Positions 1 to 10,818 of a stretch of DNA of 64,000 nt are shown in pieces; the first letter of the stretch is position 1, and every line of letters starts with the position of its first letter. The position numbers were made by a program, and so were the translations under genes. Origin of the DNA: Geosiphon pyriformis uo1 (Eukaryota > Fungi > Glomeromycota); NCBI GenBank assembly GCA_016748015.1, contig JAAOMT010000003.1:252373-316372 (forward strand). The letters run 5' to 3'. Under the pieces are notes generated by a model. That model was not told the DNA's origin and searched no databases. It worked only from the letters and a program-made list of their open reading frames with translations.

Positions 1-1032
1 TAGAAACTCTTTTTCCAAATCAGGTGGGTCAATTCGAAAAGGCGCATTCATTCTTGATCTTACTCGTTTATCCACTGGTGAGTGATAAATTCTCGACTGA
101 TCAATTGTCTCATATAATTTTTGAGCTTTAATAGCATTTACAGCTTCAATTGCTTCAACGCCACCATTCTCTAACAAATGCTCGAACACTAAATGAGCCA
201 TGTAAATAGAAAACATTGGCGGTGTGTTGTACAAAGAATTGTGATCTGACATGGTTTTGTAATCCATAATAGTTGGTACAACAGGTAACCCCAGTTCATG
301 AGTATCGATCGATTTGGCGGGCGTCAACAAATCCTCACGAACGATCACCAAGGTAACCCCAGCAGGGCCGATGTTTTTTTGTGCCCCAGCATAAATCACA
401 CCAAACTTGGCAACATTTACACGACGTGACAAAATGTTCGACGACATATCACACACAAGTGGAACTGACGGATCTACTTCGGGGACATGGTCAAACTCCA
501 CCCCGTTTACCGTTTCGTTATCGCAATAATAAACAAAAGCAGCCTTAGAACCGCTTAGCTTCCACTCTGATTTAGGGGGGATCGTCCCAAACTTACCTTT
601 AGCCTTCTTCACATCAAAAACTATATTCACATTTGAGTATAACCTCTTCGCTTCTTGTGCAGCTTTCGCAGACCAAGATCCAGTAATTAGGTAATCTAGC
701 GGGGGATTAAAATCTTCATTTTTTATCGTCGAACCTAAGTTTTGTTTTTTTGCAGCCAGCAAATTGTACACTACCGCCGAAAACTGGGTATGCCCACCCC
801 CCTGCATGAACAGTATCTTGTAATTTTTGGGGATATGGAGGAGTGAGCGGAAGTCACGCTGAGCTTTGTTCAGAAGATCTTCGAATTCTCGGGAGCGGTG
901 CGAAAGTTCCATGATTGACATGCCAAGATTATTGTAGTTGAGAAACTCAGATTGAGCGCGAAGTAGGACCGAAGTTGGTATGACTGCCGGGCCTGCGCCA
1001 AAGTTCCATATTTTCGGGGGAGAGTTTGTCAT
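1..1032 (-). CDS. SER1: Phosphoserine aminotransferase, 3'-partial (runs off the left edge; no intron seen)
   Basis: Manual translation from ATG 1032: MTNSPPKIWNFGAGPAVIP...MSIMELSHRS...LFMQGGGHTQF...DYLITGSWS...YAGAQKNIGPAGVT (PLP lysine motif)...SLYNTPP...RSRMNAPFRI. Absent from the ORF track because there is no stop in the window. Confidence 0.97.
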   Translation of the reverse strand, partial: MTNSPPKIWNFGAGPAVIPTSVLLRAQSEFLNYNNLGMSIMELSHRSREFEDLLNKAQRDFRSLLHIPKNYKILFMQGGGHTQFSAVVYNLLAAKKQNLGSTIKNEDFNPPLDYLITGSWSAKAAQEAKRLYSNVNIVFDVKKAKGKFGTIPPKSEWKLSGSKAAFVYYCDNETVNGVEFDHVPEVDPSVPLVCDMSSNILSRRVNVAKFGVIYAGAQKNIGPAGVTLVIVREDLLTPAKSIDTHELGLPVVPTIMDYKTMSDHNSLYNTPPMFSIYMAHLVFEHLLENGGVEAIEAVNAIKAQKLYETIDQSRIYHSPVDKRVRSRMNAPFRIDPPDLEKEFL

Positions 1033-1040
1033 CTTAATAA

Positions 1041-1103
1041 TTAATTTCGAAAGTAATAAGAGGATGAGTAAATGAGATTTGGTGCTTGAAAATTTTTACT
1101 CAT
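1041..1103 (-). promoter_or_regulatory. Candidate uORF (MSKNFQAPNLIYSSSYYFRN*) with a 10-bp inverted repeat upstream of SER1
   Basis: ATG at 1103, TAA at 1043-1041, 8 nt before the SER1 ATG. GATGAGTAAA (1063-1072) and TTTACTCATC (1095-1104) are perfect inverted repeats. Confidence 0.35.
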
Positions 1104-3336
1104 CTGATCGTAGTAGGTGATAGGCCGCAAATTATTTTTAGCAGGATTATCAATTATAATTGTTGTTTCTTGAAAAGTTTAAGAATTATCTGTACTGTAA
1201 GATTCCCAACTTAAAACAGTTTCTTTGACCTGAGCTTGGGCTTTAGTGATAATTGATATCTTCACAGCCCGCTCGGTGAGGCTTGTCGTGTTATGCGCGT
1301 CAACATTGAATCAAAAGAGATTAAATAGGAAGCCAATTTACATAATATTCTCAAAAAATCAAATATCACCTCTACGAACTTTTTTGCCCTCAGAGTAATT
1401 TAGTTAATTGCCTTAATCTGTTCATACATCCACATTTACCAAACTAGCAGCAAGAAAAAAAGCTTATATACCAAAAAACATGTTATTAATGAGTGGTATT
1501 AACATATAAAAAGCTTATTATCAAGTATTACAGTTACATTTGTTTTACCAACCTAATTTAATTCATCAATATTGGTGAAATACATATTTTTTTAAAAAAA
1601 AGACCATGTTAAAATTATCATTAAAATTGGTAAAGTTTTTGTATAAATAACATTTTAATATTTTGATAAATACAACATGTATATTTTATTTTATAATCTT
1701 GATCTTGAAAAACTTGTACAATTATAGTTACAAATAATATTTTAAATATATAAAACCAATTTGCAAATTCTAATACTTATATTATATATTTATATACTAT
1801 TATTTACTAATTAAATAAATAAATATATTTAACATATAAATGCTAATTAATTAATTAATTAATTAATTAATAAATAAATAAAAATTGTCTATAAATCAAC
1901 TTCAAATTTTTTTTGGAACCATTTCACACTGAATATATATTTTTTATAATCTATTAAAAATGTATTACTCGAAATCTCAACAAGTTTCAGGTTAAAAAAA
2001 CACAATAATACTTTTGCTTTTACATTATCCATCATTATATTGTCTCCAGTATTAGATTTAATTCATACACACTTGAAACTTTATCATTTGAAAAAAGGAT
2101 TTTAAACTAATTCAAAAATGAAACTGAATTTTTTTGATTTTACTTACAGGTGAATAGATAAACATGTGAAATGTTTTTTTGTATGATAGAGGCGTAGATA
2201 TTCACGTGGATTTTCGTGTTGCTTGTGTTTTGAAGCAGACATTAATTTCGAGAGCTGATGAATTGGGTTTAGACTAACAAAATTCAAAAAGAACGGAATA
2301 CTAAAAGACGAAACCCTCCAAAGATTGCAACAATTTTCAAATCAATTAATTAAATCATTAAATTAAATTTTTATTCTGCTGTAAAGTTATATCTTGACGA
2401 GTTTGGTTTAAAGCGTAGTATATGAGAGAAAAGATTTTAGTCGTGAAATATCGAATTATCTTCCAGACGAAATACTCTATAGCTCTAATAATGAGGATCA
2501 ACTAAAGGGTTTTGATTTAATAAACATGTCCGTTTTCTAGAGTTGGGAATCCCAAGCAATTTGAGAGGTTTTCCAACTGAAGAAAATCTATTACACATTC
2601 TTTTAAGACTCTTCTGACATCAATTATTTAATTTATGAAAAAAAACTTTGACCACATATTTTTTTGGAGATTACAGAACCAGAGAATTCTTTGGATTTTT
2701 ATGATATGTAATATGAAATAGGGTAAAGAATGATTTCGTTTTTGTGACACAACTCTTGACCATAATTTAAAATCTCCGACTCCTTTGGTTTCTCTCGGTA
2801 CCAATATATCCCCGAGAATCTTATTTAAAATGATAATATTTTTCAAAAGAATCTCAGTATGCACATTCATCCCAAGTTATCTCTCATCCTCTTGTTATAG
2901 CTTAAAACTTTGGTTGTCTATGGTATATGTAAATTATTTGAGAAATCCAAAAATATTACATAGATCCATTCTCTATATTAGAATCCATAAGATTTTGATG
3001 CTGAGATTATCATGGTAGGGCTAAAAATATGGTTTCTAGCTTGGTGATACAAAAGAAAATTCACAAATAAAACTTTTTGTTGATCAAGGTAACCCAAAAG
3101 GTATGCATGCTTGGTTTATCAAGATTTGCATGATTGGGGTTGCCAAGATTAGCACGGGAAGGCAGAAATACAATAATTGAAAGTCGAGCAATTAAGTAAA
3201 AGGTAATAGTGGCAATAAGTGCCTATAAATTATTTTGAGGTGGGATGAATGTAAATGGAATAAGTGCTAGTAAATTATGTGAGTGTGTACAAAAATATTA
3301 AATCATGCTGAGAGAAACATAGGAGACACACAGTTC

Positions 3337-4542
3337 TCAAGGTTCATTTAACTCGCGCACAAACATATTATCCGTATTGTAATCTCGAACAACAGGTGAA
3401 AAGTCGACTGGTTGAATTTTTTCCTTGAAATTTCGAGAAGGCTATTAATTCAAAAGTTTGGAATAGGTTAAGGACGAGAACCGCATGTAATATGTAGAAA
3501 ACAATAGAACAATATTTTATGAAAATTGGAAATAAGCATAAAATGATATCAGCAAAGGATACAGATAATTTCCATTTTCGGAAAATCCAAATGCCAATAG
3601 CTGCAGCTATTACAATAGCTCCCACTACGATAGCAGCGGTCATAACACTACCACCACCAGAATCACTACTTCCACCAGAGCCACTTGAATTTGCGCCATT
3701 GGAGCTTGAGGGGGTACTTGTTGCAGACTCTAGGGAATACGATGTCGAGGTGACGTAAACAATGCTGTTTCCACTAGTTGTTTTACTAACAACTATCGAA
3801 CTTTTCGTTACTGGGGTAGATTGAGAGGCATTTGAGGATCCCTCTTGAGCTGATGAGGTGGGAGATTGTGTCGGCTAAATATATTAATCAGAAAGTATTA
3901 GTTGTTTCGCATTTTTGAGTTTTTATTATTCACGACAATTTAATGGAGGAAATTGGCAATTCTTCAATATTTTCCATTGATTAGAATCATATCGTGGAAT
4001 AATATTTAGTAGAAGCCAACTCTTTGACCATTTACTTATCATTAGGGATATAGATTTCTTACCTTATCTTCACCGGACTGTGTGGATGATTTTGACTAAA
4101 TTTTATTAAAAATCAAAGTGAGAAACAAATCGATTGAATGTTATCAAATCAAATAACTCTTTAATATATTTACAGACTGAGAACTTGATTGTTGATTGGA
4201 TGATTGGGTGGGTGTAGATGTTGATGATGAGGATGATGATGATGAGGAGGATGATGATGATGATGATTGGTTAGAAGGTTGTGATTGACTATTAGTCTGT
4301 GATGGTGGGGAAGAGGAGTTCGTTTCTTTGGTATTCCCAGTTGATGGTTGTGAAGCTGGATTAGAATTCACAGGCACTCCAGGACCGAGAGTCAGCTGTA
4401 CAGGAGGAGCACGCTTATTTAAACGAATAAACCGTTTATTAATATTGCGAGCAGACACCTTGGGAAAATTTTCGGAATTGGCAAACAATAAGAAAAGAAT
4501 AACGAAAGCTAGAGTGAAAGACTTGAGCCGTAAACTAGTCAT
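3337..4542 (-). CDS. Secreted-type Ser/Thr-rich single-pass membrane protein, 272 aa, 4 exons (4542-4174, 4095-4063, 3874-3563, 3441-3337); architecture like Mid2/Wsc cell-surface sensors
   Basis: Three phase-0 GT..AG introns give one open frame. It has a hydrophobic signal peptide, two KR dibasic sites, a poly-Ser/Thr stalk, a TM helix (AAIVVGAIVIAAAIGIWIF), an RKWK stop-transfer and a short tail LSPSRNFKEKIQPVDF...VRELNEP*. Confidence 0.85.
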
Positions 4543-7500
4543 CTTTTTAAATTTTTGTATGACTGAGAAAGGTGTTTAATCAAAGATGCTGGTTTCCTAA
4601 AAGAAAATTCTTTTTTTAGTAAAAAAGGAGCATTTCAAAAATACAATATTCGCATCTATATTTTTGAAGGTCTGTGGAATACATACCGAAAAAAAGACTA
4701 TACACTCTTTTCTTTGTAATAGAAGTTGAGTAGAAAGGATCTGTGGTAGCCAGACACACGACCCTATTAATCTCTTCGGTTGGTTATGTATACAGGATTA
4801 TATAGGAATCTTCTCCCAGTGGGGGAAGAAGACAATGGTGTCGATACCGGAAAAACTCGAATTAAAAAAGCGGTTAACAGTGAGTTAATGAAGAGTGACT
4901 GAAAAGAAGAAATAGTTGTGAGGGGAGGGGAGAAGAGAAAGAATGCCAAAAGAAAACGGATGAAAGTAGAGCAAAAAGTGGAGCCAAAAGGTTTAAATCA
5001 GATACAAGAAAATAATTTAGCTAAAAACGTGGTCAAATAAAGAAGCAAACACTTTTTCAAAGTTGGGCAAGTCCTAAAAACCCAAGAAGTGAGAGAAAAG
5101 AGAAAAAGAGAGGAGACTTACAGGTAGTTGAATTGAGGGGCGAACAAGAAACGCTAACTCGTCACACACAACTCACAAGAACCATTTTGTTATATCGCAG
5201 GTTGAACTTCCAATGTTGTTCAAAATCGATAGTCGTTGGTTTTTCGTATGCCAAGGAAGCGAAGATGATTGGTTAACACGGTGGCAACCAAATGAAGCAC
5301 GAATCTTGCAGCTTCTGTTTATTGATCATACGACTGCATTAAATGATTCTTTTTTATTTTTGAAATTGGGCTACCGGGAAGTATTGGAAACAACCGAACT
5401 TCTTTCCCGCATGATGTCAAATTTGGGATGTTTCAGTTTGGACGTAATAAGTTCAGGCTAATTTTGATCAAACTCACGATAATATATGTATATTGTTGCA
5501 TTCACGAATAATAGCTGAGATGGTGAATTTAAAAATGAAAAATTTGTCTTCGAATTGCATTGACTTAAACAGTCAAGGGCAACAAAATCTGCATACATAC
5601 ATATCAATTGCTAATCAACACACAAAGACATTAGACGTTACTCAAGAATAGGTTTTTAAAGAGGGAGAGAGAGATAGGAATTTCAAATGCGAATCCTAAC
5701 TCTTGATCATCCAAACTTGATGTTCTAACAGTTTTTAAAATTAGAAAAAGACAAAGATTGTCTGAGTAACCATATTTATATTTGAATAAAAAAAAGGTAA
5801 AGCCGAAAAAGGGGTTATGAACTTTCTGATCACATTTTTTTTATTCAAATTGAAGGGAAAAATGAATTTCAAAATTTAAAAAGGGGATTTCTCTTGTTTC
5901 GAAATGATTTAAAAGATTTTATGAATTTGACTTGTAAATTTATTTGGTTAATAAATGAGGATTTTTAAAAAAAATGTTATAAAAGATTTAATTTAGGTTT
6001 TTTTTTTAAATTGATTTTTTTAAGATCTTTTTTAATATTTTATTAATGATTTCAATGCTGTGCATGAGATAAATTTATATTAAGATTTTAAGCGGAGAAA
6101 TTTTAATTGAGGAACTTCTTTATTTGATCCTATTTTTTATAAATATTTATAATAATGCTTAATTTTGGTATTGTTTAATTTCTAATTTTGTTAAAAAAAG
6201 TTCTTTTTATGATTAAAGTGTTTTAAACAGTATATATATATATGTATACAATTCATTATAAAATTTCACAGATTTTTTAATTACAAAGATAAATTTTAAA
6301 TATTTTGCTTTTCATAAAATAACTTTAAATTTTTTCCAATTATTCTGAAAATTTTAATTACTCGACCATTTGCGTACAATCAATAAGAGAGATACTTTAT
6401 TGGCCAATAACTAAAAGAATAAATTTCTAAAATAATGAAAAGTAGTATTTAAGAAAGGTGAGCATGAAAGTTTTATAATTGATTTAATAAATTGGGAAAA
6501 TGTGAATACCCTTTCCCATTTAAAATCTAAGAGATATTAAATCTCATGAGATTCATCAAACAACTTTTCAGAACTTTGTTTTCAAAAGAATTAATTTTTA
6601 TTTTAAAGATTTAAAAAAAAGAAAGTTTTTCCATCACTTGTAACAAAATAAATATTACGCTCCATAAATAATGCCTTATTGGATGATATTGAATAAGAGT
6701 TTTTTTAACTGGGCAAAGTTATGTAATGGGTACTAATTCTTTCTCTGAATAGTTTAAAAATCCTTTGAAACCTCATTTTTGCAGTCCCATTTTTGTAATA
6801 TTTTTAATCTTTAGTTGTACAATATTGAAAAATTGATAAGATATGACAGTACCATTACGCAATGTCAAACATTTGGCGTGTATTTTTAAAGAATGAATAC
6901 AAAACTTGCTCATTTCCAATTTTTATTATTATTAAATAAATCTCATAAATTTGCCAAAAAAACTCAATTCTTGCATGAAAAATTTTAACCACCTTTTTAT
7001 TAGGGTATTTTCTCGTTGTAATTTGAAAATTTTCACCCTTTTAATGAAAGGTGGTTTGACCTAACGAAAATTTCTTGACTGTCATTTCCTTTCCACTGTT
7101 CTTCAGATTCTTTCCTTAAATTTCACCTCAGCTTATTTCCTTTTTCAACTATTCTTAGACTTTTTATAATTAGTTCGATTCCTTCAAAAATGACAACAAT
7201 AGAATGCAAAAAAAATTTGAAAGATGTAAAATCAAATGACAGCTATTAAACAAGGACCCGAATTTATTATGAAAGTTTTTTCAGGACCATAATGATCCCC
7301 CAGGAATTATTGTCAATGTTTATGGCTGAAAATTTTTTCGAATTTTCATAATTAGGAGATTTTTGGCTTTTAGCATGAACCGAAAACATTTAGAATTTCA
7401 GACTTTCTTTGATAATCATAAAATATTTTCAACCACTAGGACATCGTTACGAAACCCATACAGAACATACATTTACTGCGTGGATAATAGGCCATACACC

Positions 7501-8973
7501 GGGTATCGAACTCATACCGTTCTAATCACTGATTTTAAGTTCTCCCTGGGTTCTTCTCACGTTTCGCAAACGGGTGAAATTGTTTGTTTGCCAAAAAATA
7601 ATCAACCCCCACGTGGGGTTCAACAGTTGATGCGAGATTATGTATAAAATGAAAATAAGTTAAAGAAAATCAATTGAAGAAGGTGAGGCTGTATATGTGG
7701 AAATTTGAAGATATTTTCATCTCATATTTCCTCTTTCTTCATTCTTTTCTTTCATCAACATCATTAAAACTTTTCATCTCCTGAAACCTACACAAAATCT
7801 TCTGGAAATTCTCTGGGATTACTCAAGAATCACAACCGCAATCAAAAACGCCATACGACAAAATGGCTACCCACACTCTATCACAGCCGAGTACTCACTA
7901 ACCAATCACGTAATAAAAGTTGAAGCATGTACTTCTCTCTGAAAATTTACACGAAACCCATTCATTAGAGCATTATGTTTTATGAATTGTGTTTTATCCC
8001 GATGGATTTATGTACACGAAAAGTTTCAAACAGTTGAGAAGCAGATGGCAGATGAATATTACTGCGGATCAGTGATTGGAGGCCAATTTGAATAATGTTG
8101 TTCGTTGTGCCAAGTATTGATAAGAATGATTCAAATAGAGTAACAAAGCAAATAACATGAGTGGTAGAAGAGAAATCTAATATTTTTCTAATGAATTTCT
8201 TAATTCCACTAACTTCAATTTCAATTATTCTAATTCAGATACAGGAATGTGAGAAAAATTTTTAATAATTTCATTCCTTCAATTTTCAAGTAACATAAAA
8301 TTGTAATGTGGTGGATTTTTTTGTTTCATACTTTTATTATCTATATTTAGCAGCAAAATCTGAAAAAACTTGAAATTAATTATATCATATTATAAATTCT
8401 TTTGAGATTTTTTTCAACCCATTCATTTTAATGGCGGTTTGCAACATTAATATTTCTCAATAAAATTGAAATCAAGACTTTATATTGATCATAATAAAAT
8501 AATTTAATTTAATTTTGAAATATATTATTTTGAACTATGTGTTATTATTTAAATAAAATAACCATTTTTTTCATAAAACATATTAAATTGTTCATATTAA
8601 AAAATTCAAAATAATCAAATTATTATTTTTTTTCATTCATATTTATAAAATTATATTAACTACAAAAATAAAGAACTTTTTTGAAAAATAAATAAAAACA
8701 TATATTGTAAAATAAATTATGTTATTATTAAAAAATAGTTCAAGTATTTGAGTTAATAAATTTTAATTTTAATTTCTTTTTCAAGTAATAATTAATCAAA
8801 ATAATTTTTATTTTTAACATATCAATAAAAATTATAAAAAACTTTTTTCTCTCCTTTATCCCAAATTCCTAAAAAAGAGTCATAATTTGAAAGAAGTTTT
8901 TTTCTGTTATTTCATACTGTTATCCGACACTTTACAAGAAACAAATCCTTTTGTTGTTGATCTGACTGCTTCC

Positions 8974-10818
8974 ATGAGTGATACTGGTGCTAAAAGAAGA
9001 TCAACCAGAGTTCCGACTTCTGGTTCAGTTGGTAGTGATTCAAGTCATAAGATCAAGAAACCTCCTGGTGATGCTAAGCTATCAAGTAATAGTGTAACTC
9101 TCAAAGGTAGTGGGTCTAGTCAAGTAGTTGGGCAGTTTAATAGCATGGATACTGATGGGAAGGCTTCTGAAGATAAAGGAGTATCTGATTCCAAGATGAA
9201 TACACCCTAAGCCAAGTGTTTCAATAATGGTGCAATTATTGGCTCCCCCTTCAGCTCTTTTAATTATGACATGGAGAAGAAAGAAGAGGTTTCTCTTCCT
9301 TTTCATAAGTCTTTCTCTTTGGATAAGGCATGAATTGATTCCAAAATCATTAAAACTCAGGTGGAAGTAGCTGTGAAAAAATCTTTCACTTTGGACATCA
9401 ATCTTTCAGCTGTAGAAAGGAAATTGGCAATGGCCAAAACTCAGATCATAAGGAAATTATTTTCAGGAATCAATGGTTTTGGGAGGGCCACTACCTCCTC
9501 AAAATTTGAAAAGATCATCAGATCAATGTTTACTTTGTCAAAAAGCATGAAAAAGGCCACGTCATTGGTCAGAGAAAATAACATCATAGTAAACAGTGAT
9601 CTTAAGAGACAAGGAATTCGCTTAGATTGAGCCGTAGTAATCAAAAAAATTCCCATGGATACACCAAAAGAAATGATTGTCACCACAGTTTCTGAGTTTG
9701 GACAAATTAAGTCGATCAAAATCCAACTTATTGGTTTATGGCAGAAGACTGTGGTAGAATTTGCCAAATTGAAACAGGCTGTGTCTTTGGCTGTTAAATG
9801 GTCTTTTCTAATTGGTAAAAACTCAGTTTGTGTGACTATGGCAGTGGGTAATCATGAAACTTGGACATCTAGAGATCAGTTCAGAGCACTTTTGTTTATT
9901 TTGCCAGTGAGAACGACTGCCCATGATCTCGGTGATCTATTGGATAGGGCTGGTGGTAAAACTTGTATAATCAACCGTTTTTTGGAAACTGGAAATAGAT
10001 TTCACTGTGCTGTGGTTGGGTTTGTGTTTGACAAATTGTTGAAGTCTGCTTTTTGTATGGAACCTATTCTTGGTGGTGTGAGGCTTTTTTGGGCTAGATT
10101 GGATCTGGTTTGGTGCGAGTGGTATGGGAAATTTGGCCACTCTGCTTTGGAGTGTGATCCTGAGATTGTTTCTACTTCTATGTCTTCCAAGTCTTTTAAA
10201 AGGGTTGTCTCTGATGAAAACCACCTTCAGTTGGCCTGTTTATATGTGAAAAAAAGTGTGCCTATTTCTTGTCCGGTTGCTTTTGGTGGCAAATCATGGG
10301 CCCAAGTAGTCTCTTTTGTACCTTCGTTTAATAATCCTCGCTTTGGTTTTGATCCTGGTTTTGACTTCTTTTCTTCTGGTGCTTCAAGTGTAATTGGTTC
10401 ATCTCCTCATATGGTTCTTGCTAGTATATTTTTGGAGACTCGTTTTGCTTCTTTGGAGCATTCTGTGGAGCTTTTTGTGGATAAAGTGTCTGGTATTGTG
10501 AGCAAACTTGAAAATTTGGTCTTGGTGCCCCCAGCTCTTATCTTTTCTTCTCAGAATTTGGTGGTCCCAGTTGTGATAAATGTGGAGATTAATTCGGATA
10601 TGGCTCTGGATGATCCTATGTCAATACTTCTTCCCTTCTCTTTGGTTTTCTTTAGTACTTCAGAATTAGGTTTGAGTAGTTCAAAAATTTTGATCTCAAA
10701 AATAGGCTGTTTGGAGTTAAAGTTGATGGCCCTCGAGACTTCGGTTTGTTCAGTTTTGAAGAAGTTAGATCAGATGTGTATTGGTTTGGGTTCTGCAGTT
10801 TCTTTTTTACCTCAATGA
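8974..10818 (+). pseudogene. LINE-a ORF1 (RRM-like domains, degenerate CCHC knuckle, C-terminal coiled coil), with premature stops
   Basis: ORFs 8887-9210, 9361-9630 and 9655-10818 share one frame, separated by stops. IPMDTPKEMIV..FGQI..LWQKTVVEF; CEWYGKFGHSALEC. Confidence 0.85.

Noticed and set aside
2150-3018. Short ORFs 2628-2870 and 2785-3018 as genes
   Set aside because: No recognisable motif or consistent splice model; at most a decayed fragment.
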